Below, piece by piece: positions 1 to 13,931 of a stretch of DNA of 59,765 nucleotides. Origin of the DNA: Folioceros fuciformis. Lineage: Eukaryota. The notes below the pieces were generated by a model. It saw only the letters and a program-made list of their open reading frames with translations. It ran no database searches and was not told where the DNA came from. The first letter of the stretch is position 1; every line of letters begins with the position of its first letter. The DNA is taken from contig JBNGIO010005822.1 of the NCBI GenBank assembly GCA_049999805.1, forward strand, positions 1-59,765, in the 5' to 3' direction. A program made the position numbers and the translations under genes.

Positions 1-530
1 AGCCTGCTCATGGCCGTCTCCTCCTCCTCCACACCTCCTCCTCCACACCTGCTCCTGCTCTTCCAGCTCGGCCTGCGTGTCTGGAAGAGCAGCCTGCTTG
101 TCCTGGAGGGAGCTGGAAGAGAGAGCATTCGATTCCTTCTCCACCAACGCGATTGTCCAGCGCCCACCATTTTCTCCACACTACTTCTATTAGGATTAAG
201 CAGTTAAGCTGGAGGTCTCGGGGAACAAGCCAACTCAAACTCAAACCACCCAAAGCCGGCATCTCTATCTCCACTAGGCTAGGCATGTCACCACATGACA
301 AGAAGCGTGTAACTTTTTATGCCATGTACATACGTACATACATCCTTAGAGTGCGCTACGCACGTCTATCTGCACCTGTCCTCTGCCCCTCTACCTACAT
401 ACTGTACATATGTACGTAATGTAGATACATATATGCTGAACATGCTGTATGTACTAAGCTTTCTAAAACCCGCTTGGGGAGGGCGCCTAGACCAACCTTC
501 CAGTTAATGCAGGAGCACTGAATGAGAGCC

Positions 531-3130
531 ATGGAGCCTCTGCGCGTCAACTCGCCGATCTCGCAGAGAATTGTGCTGGCATTTCTGGACTTTCTCCATT
601 CCGGTGTGCGACTTGCTCCATCTTCCCAGCGGCGCCTCTGAATTTTGGTTTCTTGCAATTCCTTGCACTTTGTTGGACCAGGTGCCGGGGGCATCGGGAG
701 CCTTGGTGGCACGCACGTCCCGAGTCCTGGAGAAAAGCAGGGAGCCCGCGCCCGCGTCCGCGCCCTAATCTCTTTGCTTGCTCTGCAGTTGAGACTGAAC
801 CTGGAGGGGATCGCGAGGGACTGGAGGTGGCGGATGAGTGTTTGCGGGATGCCTTCTGTCTCAATGGCCTGCGCCTTGACGATCCGATTCCGTCCTTGCC
901 GCAACTCTTTGCGGCTGCCGATGCTGAGGGTGGGAGCGGGAACGGAAACGGGAAAGTCGAGATTGTGGACGGAGGCGGGGGTGATGGTGCTGCTGGGAAT
1001 CAGGTCGGGGAGTGGATGTGGATCAGGAAGCTGGGAGTGAGCAGTTTTAGTGGTTGCAGATTGCGTGCTTCAGTACTAACTGTGTTGGTGNNNNNNNNNN
1101 NNNNNNNNNNNNNNNNNNNNNNNNNNNNNNNNNNNNNNNNNNNNNNNNNNNNNNNNNNNNNNNNNNNNNNNNNNNNNNNNNNNNNNNNNNTTTGCTGCAG
1201 GATGATGTAGCGGGGAACGGGCACGAGAGGGATGGTGGTGAGGCTTTCTCCTCCTGCTGCCGCAGACTGACAGGTTTTTTGTTGCTGGTCACACCGGGGC
1301 GCTCGGCTCACTTGCGTGGAATTGTCGTGCTTGAAGATGAGGCGACTCTGGACGGCTTGTTTGAGGAATTCGTGGAGGGGCTGGAGAGCAGCAACCATTT
1401 TGAAGGTCTTGTCAGAGAGAGTGCTGAATATGATAGGCGGCTACAAGAGGCGAGGAAGACTCTGGAGAGGGCAGTTGCAGTACGGTTTTGGTGTTTAAAC
1501 AATTCTGGCTCGTGTTTCGTTTACTTTGTTTCCGGTTTGATATGAAAGTCTGAGCTGAACGACTGCGTTTGATTGTAGCAGCTGTGTATGGCGGAAGTGG
1601 ATGCCTCCCTGGAAAGGGCATGTTTGGCGTGAAGTTGAGCTCACTTTGGGTGTGTCTTTGTAGTTTCTTCCAGCGGGAGTCACTGCGCGGAACAAACGAG
1701 CGGAAGCATTAGCGGAAGCATATAAGATTCAAGGTGTTTGGTGATGCATTTCGATCAAGTGCGTTCGTAGCGTCTCCCATTTGCAGTTGGAGACCAGAAT
1801 GTCAACAAATTGCGGGTGTTGGCATCTGCTGGCAGGTAATACAGTCATGTCATCCGGCCGTTACCGTGAAGCCGTCGACCTCTACACTCTAGCCATCTCT
1901 CTGTCGACAAGGAACGCGATATACTTTTCCAACAGGTCAGATATACTACTTTCCATTTCTTTTCCGCGAGTTGTGGCCACGAGTGGTAGTATGAAATACA
2001 TCCTAAAGGGCCTTCTGCTCTACAGAGCTGCAGCACATACCCAGATGCGACTCTACGACGAGGCAATTGCCGACTGCAACACAGCCATACAGCTCAATCC
2101 GTCCTACAGCAAAGCCTACAGCAGATTGGGTACCGTGTATCTCACTCAAGGGCGGTACCTTGAAGCCATTCAAAAAGGTTTTCAAAAAGGTCCGTATGGT
2201 CTCTGCTGCGATCCTGCTTCACACATCTTCATAGCTTTGTGCCGTACAGGTCGCATTGCTGATGCAGCGCCATGAGGTAGTTGGTGGTAGATTCGTCCAA
2301 CAGCCATTTTCTTCCTTTGTGGTTCTTTGTTGCAGCGCTTGCGCTGGATCCAACAAGCTCTTCAGCCAGGGAAAATATGCAGGTATGGTGAAGTCATAAT
2401 CCGTTTGTGCCCCTCTAACATGATATCCAAACAGGGCAGGGGGTTTGTCGTTGCTCAGTTTTCAAACTCATCAGGGGTTTTGATACGACGAAGACGACGA
2501 TGCCCGTGTCCGTCTAGATAGTGCTGTTTCTGGAAGTGTACATGTTTGTGCAACCACGTACAATCTCACAAGCCTTCGTTGCCTCTTGCGCAGGCTGCTT
2601 TGTCGGGACTTGCGAGAGAATTGCATACCACAATACAGCAACAGCTCCATCACAGTGGATCCACTTCTGGGCAGGTTGTGGCTGTCCGGACTCCTGTATA
2701 TGTGAATGTCTTTTGACGTTGTTGACTTATTACTTGCGTCCATTTTGAGTACTGTGATGTTCAGGAGGCGCGTTTTTCTAGTGGTTCATCTGAAGAAATT
2801 CCGGACTTCAACAACGTCGTTTCTGCCATAATGAATCTAATATTTGGGGTTAGAGAAGGAGGGGAGATGCCAGGAAACGGAGCAGCACCAGAAAGCCGGT
2901 TCCCTCCTCCACCTCCAGCATCGGCCGCTTCTCGATCAGCTGCCAATGGAGCCGATGGTGCAGGGCCTGGCCGGCGAAATGTAGACTTTAACTGGGCGAG
3001 ATCTGAAAGCGACCCCGTCCCTATAGCCCAGTTTTCAACTTCTCTGGGGTCACTAATGCAGTGGCTCGGAAATTCGCTATCGGAAAACGGTGGCTCGCCT
3101 GCCAACCGCCAAGCACAAGATGGTTCTTAA
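531..3130 (+). CDS. SGT/SGTA-like TPR co-chaperone (multi-exon)
   Basis: Exon 1 MEPLRVNSPISQRIVLAFLDFLHS and EGLEVADECLRDAF resemble the SGT N-terminal dimerisation domain. TPR motifs follow (GNTVMSSGRYREAVDLYTLAI, AIYFSNRAAAHTQMRLYDEAIADC, PSYSKAYSRLG). In-frame upstream ATG at 522; 100-N gap at 1091-1190 inside an intron. Confidence 0.85.
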
Positions 3131-3620
3131 CTTAACCTGCCCGCGTGCGCAGGGCTGGTTAGACACTGTTTCCTTGTTCCCACAGCTGGTGGCTGTTAGT
3201 TCAGTAGGCCAGTTGCAGGAAATTTGTGCCGCCTTGTTCAGTTCCAGGGTGAACGCACGTACCCGTGGTGTTTTTTGGTTCAAAACCCTCGTGCCGTCCT
3301 TGCCGGAATGAAATACAATTTTTCTTCTTCCTCCTCTTCACTAGAAAATCGTTTGTGACCAGCGTCTGATCTTATCGCAGCATAACTAGATTGCAAGAGG
3401 TTGTCCGGTACTGACGAATTTCAAAGCTTGGACATCAGTTAAACCTCATATTCGTTCGATTTTCTCCTATGTCCCTTCGGACACTGATAGTAGTTGCCTT
3501 CTTGGTTACACAAGTCGCGGGCATGGGTCATCTCCTGGGCCGAGCCATTGATGCATGGGGCTCACCCGGGATTTCTCCTTCCTCCTGAGATTTCAGTCGT
3601 CGGTGACCAACATTAATGCA

Positions 3621-6600
3621 ATGGCGTATGCGCCTGCGTCCCCCTCAACTCCAGCAGCTGCAGTGGCAGCTGCTGTCCTGCAAGTTCTTCCCACAATGCC
3701 TGTAGGTAGCGTGTCTAGTTTGTTGGACGCCCTCATGCAGGCCACCAGCGGCTGTAGTCCGTCGCTGCTTCTCCGACAGCTCCTCGACAACGCGCCTTTT
3801 GAGGTTGGTGGACACTCTTCTGCCACCTTGACTGACCTTTTGTACTTGGTCCAGTTCCTGGAACAGTCGTTCCAGGAACATGTTTGACGGTTGGGCTTTT
3901 GAAATAATTTGCGATTGTGAAACACTGGTTCTTATTTTTCGTGTATAGATCTATGAACCTGGTCGCCCGAATTTGTTGTTGGTTTCATTTGTTTTATGAC
4001 ACCTCGACAGTCCACCAGGCCACCACTGTATTTCGTTGTTGAAATTTGCTTACGGTTTGAGTCATAGCAGGACTAAACGAGGCCACACAGAGTCAACTGT
4101 GGTGCTCATCCTGTTGTGCTGTTTGTCAGCCTGTGCAAGTTGAGAGTCACGAGGAGCTGGCAAAGCGATACATGGCTGCACAGATGCATCTTCTCAAACA
4201 TCCTGGTTCATTCACACTTCCTCTGCTTTTTCGTGAATGTTACATTGCCTAATGTAGCTATTGCTGTAAATGAGAATCATGCCGAACTGTAATTCAAGAT
4301 TTTGCGCAAACTGCTGCAGAAAGCGCACCGAGTGATCTTGCTCGGGTTCTTTTAACCTGGTGGATACCGTTGTTGCAAAACACTAGTCTGAACTTGTCTC
4401 TTCTGCAGACTGAGGTGTGTAGCACTGAACATCGTGCTGTCACAGTGTGGGTTGGTTCTCTCATGACATTCCCTGATTTTCTCTCTGCAGGTTGTAAGTA
4501 TGTTGGCTGAAGCAGTGTCAGTGATGAATTCGTGGAGTTATATCCAGGAGTCTGTAGTTCCGCTCTGCCTTTTGTCTCTCAAGCATGGAATCTCAGGGAT
4601 GAGTGACTTGGAAACTACCACTATTGCACATGTATCAAACGTAACTGCTCACAATGACTTGCCTGATTTAAGCAGCAAGTTATTCACTGTTCCAGTTGCA
4701 TGCCAGTTGCTGGCTAGACTGTTAGATACTGCTTCAGACCTTTTGAGGGGCGAAGGGTGTACAGATGGACGAAAAGAGGAGTGTCTGATGGCTAGACACT
4801 TCTGCAAGGCCCTTTTTGGTGGTTTCTTTCCAGTCGCCATTGCAATGATCTCTCAAACCTCAAGTGGTTCCCTCCGGCAGTGTGCTTCTCATTCACTGCT
4901 TCCTGCCCTGCTAAAAACACCGCGGGACTCGTGTCATCCTGCTAAGGTTGCTAAGTCTTCCGAAGCTGAGGATTCAGGGTATGTACATCAACTTCACCAG
5001 GAATTCCTTTGCTTGCATCAATAGGGGGAAGCACGATGGGTCATGTGGGCCTGTGATTCTGTTCATTATGTTGAAAAACAGCTATCAAGATCAGTTATCA
5101 GACTTGGCTGGAACCTGATGAAGCGTTTCAGCTTTGTATTTCTTCACTTTTTGTAATTTGTTGGAAGCTCACTGAATTATTGGTTCCTGTAGGCAATGTG
5201 CTGTCGAGGAAGTTTGGTTTGCTTGCAAATCTTTGCTTTCGCAGGGCGTATTTGAACGCCGTGATGCTTATATAATCATTGCGCAGCTGGTTGATTTTCT
5301 CCTTGGGAGGGAGGATGAGGATCAGTTGGCTCTGAGTTTCAAGTGTGCGCGAAAGTTTGATGCCCGCAATGATCCAAGCTTCTGGGAATTTGTGAAGTCA
5401 GGGCTTGTAAGTCACTCTGACACAACAATCTACCCAGTAGTTTAGTTCCGTATGTTCCACTGCTGTTGAGTTATATCCGTTGGAATTAGGTGGACTCAGA
5501 TTCATCGATAAGGAAGAGAGCTGTATTTCTCTTAAAGCGTGCTCTCTCAGCAGTGTTGGCATCACAAACGACACTGCTTCAGTCTTCTCAGCAGAACCAG
5601 GCCTCAACTTGGAAGAAAAATCACCCTACAGCCGGGATACAGCCTTTGAACAAAAGAGAGAAATGGGCACAAAAGGAAGCAATGTCTTTGGGGATTGGAG
5701 CTTCTACCGATACTAAAAAATCCAAATGGGAGGCATTTCTTCTGTTGTATGATACACTGGAAGAATATGGCACTCATCTTGTGGAAGCCACTTGGGATTT
5801 GCAGGTAATCAAGGATTTGATCACTGCTTGAACTTAGCTTAGTGCGGACTATCTCTGGGAGGCTTATGGTTTTCCTTGTCCTCCCAAAAGATGTCCTTGT
5901 TAATGCCGGCATCAGAGGCATTGGATCGTGAAGTGGCTCTAAAGGACAATCAGCGTATTCAGCCTTCTGATATGGGTTTTGATATTTCATGGGTCTCGGT
6001 TCTGTGGCAGCAAGGGTTTGCTCACAAGAACCCACAAGGTGCATAACTCTTTTCTCCTTTCTGTGCACCTTTGAACATCTCCATGTCAGGCAGGCATTGC
6101 TTGAGTGTCAACTTCTCTTTTCTTTTGCAATTCCAAGGCTTCTAATGTGTGTGACAATATGTTGAATGTCAAATTGAGAGAAGACTGGCACCAGTGCGGC
6201 AATTGGTTTTGCAGTCATTTTTCAACAGTTCAAAATGTACAGTCGAATTTTTGAATGTCAACGAAGAGTTTGTGTTCGGACCATTGCTTCTGGCACTGAA
6301 TGATTCGGTTCATCACAAGGACTTTGGTGAGATGAGAAAATTTTGGCTATCCTTTAGACGCTATGTGACCTCCGTCCATATTCAGAAGTATCCGGCTCAG
6401 TGACCTGGCCGGGTTGTTTTTCTGCCTGAAATGATTGAAGCTGCCAGGGTCTGACTCTTTTCTGGCAGGAACCAACGGGCTATACAGCTCTGACACGATT
6501 AAAAGTGCAGCCAATTTCTTTTGGGCATATTCAAGGTCATTTCAGCTCAGGTTCGAACAAGCAGAATGCCATCTGTTTGTTGTCGTGTGGGGCGCAGTCA

Positions 6601-9600
6601 CATGGACAGTTCGAAGTAAAGATCTTGTGAACTGCCATTGTGTCCTACCGTGCCTGCAGGAAGCGTCAAAGCTTTGTCCTCTGCCTGGCCAATGCAGCTC
6701 TGTTGCAGTCTCCATGCAGAGCAGGTCTGATGGGAATGGCTTCATGGATTGAAGTTGTGGCTGGAAGCCACCTTCTGGATGAAAACTACCGAATGGAGTT
6801 GGGTCCTGCATCGGCCATGGACCATGAAGTTGGGGTCATGCAGCTTGGTGATGAGCCACAGCTTCAAGAACTCATGGAAGGTTTACAGCTCCTGGTTGAC
6901 ACAAGCAAACGCCACTTCAATCCAAGATATCGAGCTCAAGGTTGGATCTCATATAAACTTTTTGCGATGTCGTCAGGCAAATGTTGTTGTACAGGATGGT
7001 GTGTAATCTTGAACCTTTGGTTATGGACGTAGTTTATGGACACCTCCTTCGAGCTGCTTGTTCCCTTGTGTCACCTTTCGACATACCTGTGAGCAGGATT
7101 GCCTATTTCTTGTCATCGTTTCCTCGACATCTGTTGGTTCTGGGAGGTAATTAGTCAACACGTGGGTCCTTTCATGATGTAGCTTTTGTTCTTCAATGGA
7201 AAAATGATTATGGACAGTACCGCACAAGGGCAGTGATGACGTCTAAGTTGAGTTGTCTGCTTACAGGGATTTTGCATGGAACCCTCCTAGCTTGGCTGCA
7301 ACCCCAGAATGTAGGCATTGCAGCTAGGTGTAATCCTGCGGCATGGATGTTTGAGGGCCTTTGTGCCATGGCTGAGGATTTTTTGTGCTCAAACAAGCCA
7401 GCCTCTCGGGTGCTTAGTGATGACGATGTTGACTCATGGAAATCTGAAGGGGAGAGGTGGGCCAGGATGCTTTCAGTTGGTGTGCTATCCAAGCCTCAAC
7501 AGCTGATGCTAGTGAAGGTGTTGTTTTCCACACTTCTCTCAAGTTTCTTGGATACGGTCCTGGTTACCACTGTCTGTTCCAGGTCTTTTTAGATCCAATT
7601 ACGGATCATGCACTCACAAGTAAATATCCTCGTGTTGTGGTTGGCACGTGTTCCTTGTTTTGTCGTCAACGTCTTAACGGGATACTCTCGTCTGGGCAGT
7701 ATGTGGAAAAGCAGGCATCCGAGGTTTACCATCGCGCATACATGGCAACTCACCGGCCAGAGAAGATATTAGTGTTGCTGTGGAGCCTCATCATGGAGTG
7801 CCAGCAAACTTCGTCAGTGAATGCTGACAGGATGTGTGCTGCCATTGTACACACATCTCTCGAGGAATGTCAAGACTCCAACGGCTCATTTGCAGAGGAA
7901 GTTGCTAATGCCCTGCTGTCCACCTTTGTAAGGCCTCATCTTGGTCTAGATGTAACAAACGTTCTAGTGAGATGTTTCGGGAACCTTTCAAGGGGCCTTC
8001 CAATACCCTCCGCATTTGAAATGATTTCAAAGTAGTGGAACCTGGACAGGATGAGCTTCTAGCTTACGCAAGAAGGTCAACGTTCATTTTTTGCGAGCAT
8101 GGTGGCTGCGCCCTGGCTCCCCTACCAGGATCTGTGACAGGGAAGCTTGGTGGCCCCAGCCAGCGGCGGCTGCCAGCAAGCTTGACATCTTCCGTATTGC
8201 AAGCGGTGCGGTGTGCATAAAACATTCTCTGTGTTCTCATTGTCTGTCTTTAGTGCTTTCAGTGCATGACAATCTGGCTTCTGTCTCTTGCAGGTGCTTG
8301 CAATTACCACTATTGCTGATGGGTGTGTCTGGTATTCGAGTGGCAACAGAGCAATTCCGGAGTCAGTTCAAAGGTTTCTTTGGTCGTTTGCCTGGGAAGT
8401 CGCTACTTTAAGGAGAATAGACACAGAGGTTTGTTCCTACGCTCTTGTTGATGTGTGGTGTACTTGCCATGAGTAAGGCTTTGTCATACTCTTGCAATGC
8501 TTAGCAAAGTCGTTTTTGGCTGAAGATCTGTCACGTTGCTGGTAGGTTGATGCAGAGCTTATACTTGGTGGATATGAAGCTCTATCATCTGTGTGTTGTG
8601 CCTTAGCTGCAACTGCCTCTCCTCTGGGACTGTCCCATGGTTATGCAGCAATTCGAGCACAAAAATCTCTCTGTATAAGTGAATTATCGCAACCTGCTTT
8701 TTTGGTCGATGAGCTAGTCAAGGCTCTCCTTGATGGAATCGAAAATCTTCAAAGAACAGGGTTATTAGCAAGGAGTCGTCGAGCTGTTGTTGCCCGGTTC
8801 AAGGTGGGTGATCATGATCTTTTTCTTGTTGTCATGGAGGTCGACAAAGTAAAACTAGATGACTAGTAGGGATAGTAGTAGTGAAGAGGGCCAGGATTGC
8901 CTTGAGTTACTTGCAAATGCAATTTCCATTTGTGGTATTCAGTCTTTGGTTGATGGAATCATGTGCTTGTTTTCTACCGTTGTCCACCTCTTGTTTGGCG
9001 TTCTTTTTCCAAACTCCTTAAGTTTTTCTGGTCAGTTGGGCAGGTACACTGATTCCTCTGTTTTTCTGCAGTGGTGTTGCCTGGATGCTCTTCTATCTAT
9101 AACGCACAGCACCGTTTTCAAGTGTGTAAGAGGTGCTCCACCGGAAGGCTTTTCTGGTGCTGCAATTAGTAGTTCAACACTTCATATCATTTTGAAGGAT
9201 GGCATAGAAAGGTATACAACCTCTTTCAATCCGCATGTTCTCGTTTGTGACCCTGGTAATGTCCTCCTCACGTGGAATATTGATGTGCATCTCACTTGAG
9301 GTGGAAAAGATCCACCTCAATTTCTTTGCTCGCATGACAACTTGACCTGCGTTTTTCAGCGAATTCTCATGATCGCTGAAAACTCTTTCTTGGCTGCCTA
9401 AGCTTGGAGAGCGCTGGCGAAGAGTACCTACTTCCTCTGTTCCGGGTTATAAGGTGGCTCATGGTCTGGGGTGTTTTCAATGACACAAAGGCTCTCAAAG
9501 CTGTACACGGACAGAGTAGACTGCAGGTTCGCTGCTGCTTTGACTCCTTGTCAAATGTCCCCCTGGAAGACTGGTCCATTGACCCAGTTAGTTTGGTGGC

Positions 9601-12600
9601 ACTTGTGGGTAGCCAATGGAACTTGACCTCTTCATTGGCTTTACACTCTCCTCGCCATGCAGGTTGTGTGGGCAGTGGTCAATTCTGCTTGGGCGGCTAT
9701 AATTGATTGCAACAAGCGAAAAGTCGCACCCGTCTCTGCATTCATATCAACGATTCTGCATCCAGCAATTTTCCACGACGTCGAAATGCACAGGGGAGCG
9801 GATAATCAGGGAATTGGTCCCTTAAAGTGGGTACGTGTATCACGGAATCCCATATCCCAGGTTTAATCTCGAAATGTGTACCTTCCTGACGATTTGCTTT
9901 CAGCTTTTAAGCAGGTTATTTAAAGAAGGTGAACGGAGCCCACGCATAATGCGTTTGACTACCTTACATGTGACTGGCATGTGGCTTCGATTTCCAGCGA
10001 CTCTGATCTATTACATCAATGATATCCTACTTCTGACACTGCATGGTGGAGGTCAGTTTGCTTACTACGTTCTTGGTTGACGCGATGTCTTTGTACAATC
10101 TGATTTTCAGAGGTAATGGATCGATTCCCAGAAACTGTGGATGAGGAATTGGATGGAGAAATACGGTCCAGTCAGGCAGCAGCAAAGGAATACCATACTT
10201 TAATTCAGAGCTCAGATCCTGAACTTCTGGAGGTTATTCTGCGAGCTCAATATTCGTCTATCATGGGCATAGGGCTGTGTAGTGTTTACACCTAATGTCA
10301 ACTCAAGTGACACCGTTCAATTTGTGTACCACACTACCTATAGCTGGATATTGCTCATCGCGTACGTTCTGCTGCGCTAATTGACAGGTCTTCACAAATT
10401 CAGAAATGTATGTAAGAATATCAGTGGCAGTCATGTTCCATGAGCTTGCCCTGATTGTTGAGGAAGCAAGGCATGGCACAACATCAGCCACTAGCTCACT
10501 GGTGGCTGATTTGGGGCGTACGTTTACAGTTTCCCTGTTGCATGCCGTCGTAAGTATTCTGAGCTTTGCCGTTAGTGCCTTTGAATTCTCTGTTCCAAAT
10601 CAGAATCTAGGATCTCCGGTCTTTTGAGGAAAACTCATGGGCACATCTGCTTTGCCCTGAAGGTTGAGGATCCAATTCTGTCCAAGGAGCTTTATAAAAA
10701 AAACAGTGCCGTAAGCAGCCATACTTATCTGACAGACGGTTTCCTAATTGTAATAGTTGTTTTATTCAGCTTGTTCACAATTGACTTTCAGGCTGTCGTC
10801 ATGCAGATTCATCGCAAGAAAGTTCGAGCATGGCAAATGCTTTGCATTCTCTCAAGATTTATTGATAATGATGTTCTTTTGCACGTCATGTCGTTGCTTG
10901 AAACATGTCTACATGTAAGTGGTCTGTCCTCACAATTATAATATTTGTGGGGGGTCATCTTCATGGTGCCATTCTGCTTGATCTTCACGTCGTGTTTCTC
11001 GTACGCAGAGAAATAACTTTCCAACTGTGCGCCAGTACATTGAAGGTTTTGCGCTTCAACTGTTTCTGCGATTTCCTCATCTGGTATGTCGGCGATGTAG
11101 AATCTTTGAGGAATGCATATTTAATTATAATTACCATGGCACCATTCTCTGCTTGCATTCAGGAGGCAACCTAGGACCTCCTGCTATCATTGCTCAAGAA
11201 TTGCTCTGTCGTGGTAGTGCACGAACACTGATGATCGGTATTAACTACTTTGTGTTGCTTGCGTGGCAGGTGAGAGAGCACTTGGTTTCCTATCTCAGGG
11301 ATTACAACCTCAAGACTCAGGTCTATTCGTACTCACGTTGATGTTAGGATTGCCTGGATGGGATAACTGAAATTGATCGTTCTTTCCGAAGAGACTTATC
11401 GCTGAAACTTGTGCATGGAGTAGGCTCTGTCATCATATGTTTTGGTGGCAGCAAATGTGCTAATCTTTTCAGAGTCTCAAGCACTTAAAATGAGTCTGCT
11501 TCAAGAAGTATTCCCAGCCATATTACCATATATGACAAGTCATCATCATAATCTACGAAGTTTTACACAGGCAAGTTTAACAGGTGTAGCTACTTTTCTC
11601 AAGATAGCTTTCTGGTTCAGATAGATTGTGAGTACAAAAAGTGATAGAAGTGGTATAAACCTCAGCGACATGTGGAATGGGTTTGGATCTATGCAGGTGC
11701 TTATACATCGGTTGATAACGCACTTCAAGGATATTAACTTTGGCCCAGGTGCCCCTGATATATTCGGGAATCAATCTTTGGCATCAATAGCTGCATTCTT
11801 GGATGCGAATTCTGACTGCGTCAGGTACGTATCCTGTGTCCCTCAACCTGTTCCTGTTGCACAGCGTATGTGGATAGTTCACCATCTCACAGTCCTTTTT
11901 TGCCAAATTCAGAATTCGTACTTCTGTCGAGAAGTACCTCGAGTATTGTGATCCCGCTTCAGCAAGAACTCCACGTGGCATATTCTCAAGCAGAGGAGGC
12001 GAACTAGACAGTGGAAAGGTATGAACCTGGTGGTGGTTGCTCGGCAAGAAACGCTGCATCATCGAAGTAGTAACCTGAGACTTTCTGGCAGACCCCAGAA
12101 GATCTTCCTTTTGAGTGTGTTTCAATTGCAGTCGTGGACAAAGTAGCGGAATTTTTGAACGTGAGCCGTTTACTCTCTACCTTTCCTTCCAATGTCGTTT
12201 TTATGCAGCGACGAGAGCTGTGCTGCTGATAACGAGTCGAATGTGGTCTTACAGGAGGCCAGAGAAAGCTTGCGGGATGCTGTGGCTGCAGATGCCATTG
12301 CGTTGAATGCTGAAGCTCTTCAGCACCAAAAAGGATCTGTTGCTACAGAAAGGATTAGCTGGTCTGCTTCAGAAAACGACGCTCCTTCAAATTCTCCTGC
12401 GAGTCCCTTGGACTTTCAGAAGAAAATAGAATCTCTGAGGTTCAGTGGAGGTTTTGGTTCACAACGGGAAGGTTTGGCGCCATAGCCAGGCCAGCAGTGA
12501 GCAGCTTTCTTTTGGTTCTAAGGAGCTGAATATAGTTAGATTCGAATGTGGTAATCTGCAGGCGAGCATGAAGAGGAGTTACTACTGTCGACCATGGAAT

Positions 12601-13356
12601 CAAGAGTACAGGAAATCTTAAGGATGCGGGGTGGCCGGCAGGAGCTAATAGTGGTCGCTTCACTCCTGGGAAGAATCCCTAATCTTGCAGGGCTTGCCCG
12701 CACATGTGAAGTACGTCTCACCCTGTGGTGGCGTAAGCTTGTGTTCTTCTGTACATCCATTCTTCTTTCTTGGATTGTAAACCAAGATGGGCGGTAGCGC
12801 AGGTGTTCAAGGCAGCAAGCTTAGTCGTGGCTGATGCGAGGGTCGCGTTGGATAAGCAGTTCCAACTGATCAGGTGTGGATGCCAGAGGCATTGTAGATT
12901 AGGATAACTGATATGGCTACGTACTGAATTTGGTTTTCGTGTGCAGTGTCACAGCAGAAAAATGGGTTCCCATTGTTGAGGTCCCAGAAGGCTCCCTCAT
13001 GGACTTTCTCAAGCAGAAGAAGAGCGAGGGATTCGCTCTCCTGGGACTAGAGCAGACGGCAAATAGCATCTCTATCGAGACCTACAGCTTTCCCAGAAAA
13101 TCAGTAAGTTTCCTATTTCCACTGGTCATTTTACACAGATTTGCAGTGCTGGTTAGGTTCTGACTGCTGGTATTACTGCCAGGTACTAGTTCTGGGAAGA
13201 GAAAGAGAAGGTATTCCAGTAGAGATAATTCAAGCCCTAGATTCTTGCTTAGAGATTCCCCAATTGGGCGTTATTCGATCGTTAAATGTGCATGTGAGCG
13301 GAGCCATTGCGGTGTGGGAGTATACTCGGAAACATTTGAAGCCAGTGGAATGCTAG
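3621..13356 (+). CDS. Trm3/TARBP1-like tRNA 2'-O-methyltransferase, SpoU family (many exons)
   Basis: C-terminal SPOUT motifs [44 protein letters not shown] and [25 protein letters not shown] follow a long helical N-terminal region. Start codon is inferred. Confidence 0.88.
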
Positions 13357-13931
13357 GATTCCTATCTACATGCTAGAATATGCTAGAATGCTGGGACATG
13401 GAATTCCTATCTCTTGTAGAGTCTGCTGGGCGCTAATAAGAAAAAGGGATTCTGCATTAGTCACACGGACAATTTGTTTATCAGGACTTCTGTACATATC
13501 CTCTGGCTTGTGGCTCGAAACCGAGATCATCTACCTAGTCAACAATCTTCCGCTGCTGAGGTCAGAGGCAGACTTGAGGGAGGAGAACACGAGCTTGTCG
13601 AAGATCGAAATATTTTCCCAGTGTGTTTGAAATCGGGGCAAAGGTTTATCTCAAATACGAATTCGTCAACAGCTAGTACATCCTTCCATCACGAAGTCCA
13701 AGCACCGGACTATTCAACAAACAGAAAAGCTGTCGAAAGGGTCCCGAGTTGTAGAGTGACTGCCGCCGTTCAGTTCAATCGGGGGCCACATTCTGTCGTC
13801 GAACAGGATCCCCCTTCGCATGATTTCATGAAGGGGTTGGAAAACCTTGTAGCACTGTGGGTGAAAATCCCTTCAGTGTCTCTCTGGACGGGGGACCTCG
13901 GCTCCCTCAGTGCCTGAATCAATAGTCGCAG

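Noticed and set aside
1..320. Short ORFs at the window start
   Set aside because: Low-complexity CT/GA-rich sequence with no recognisable motif; it could be the UTR or start of a gene outside the window, but this cannot be supported.
320..455. TACA/TGTA-rich quasi-palindromic stretch
   Set aside because: Simple low-complexity sequence with no defined hairpin or element boundaries.
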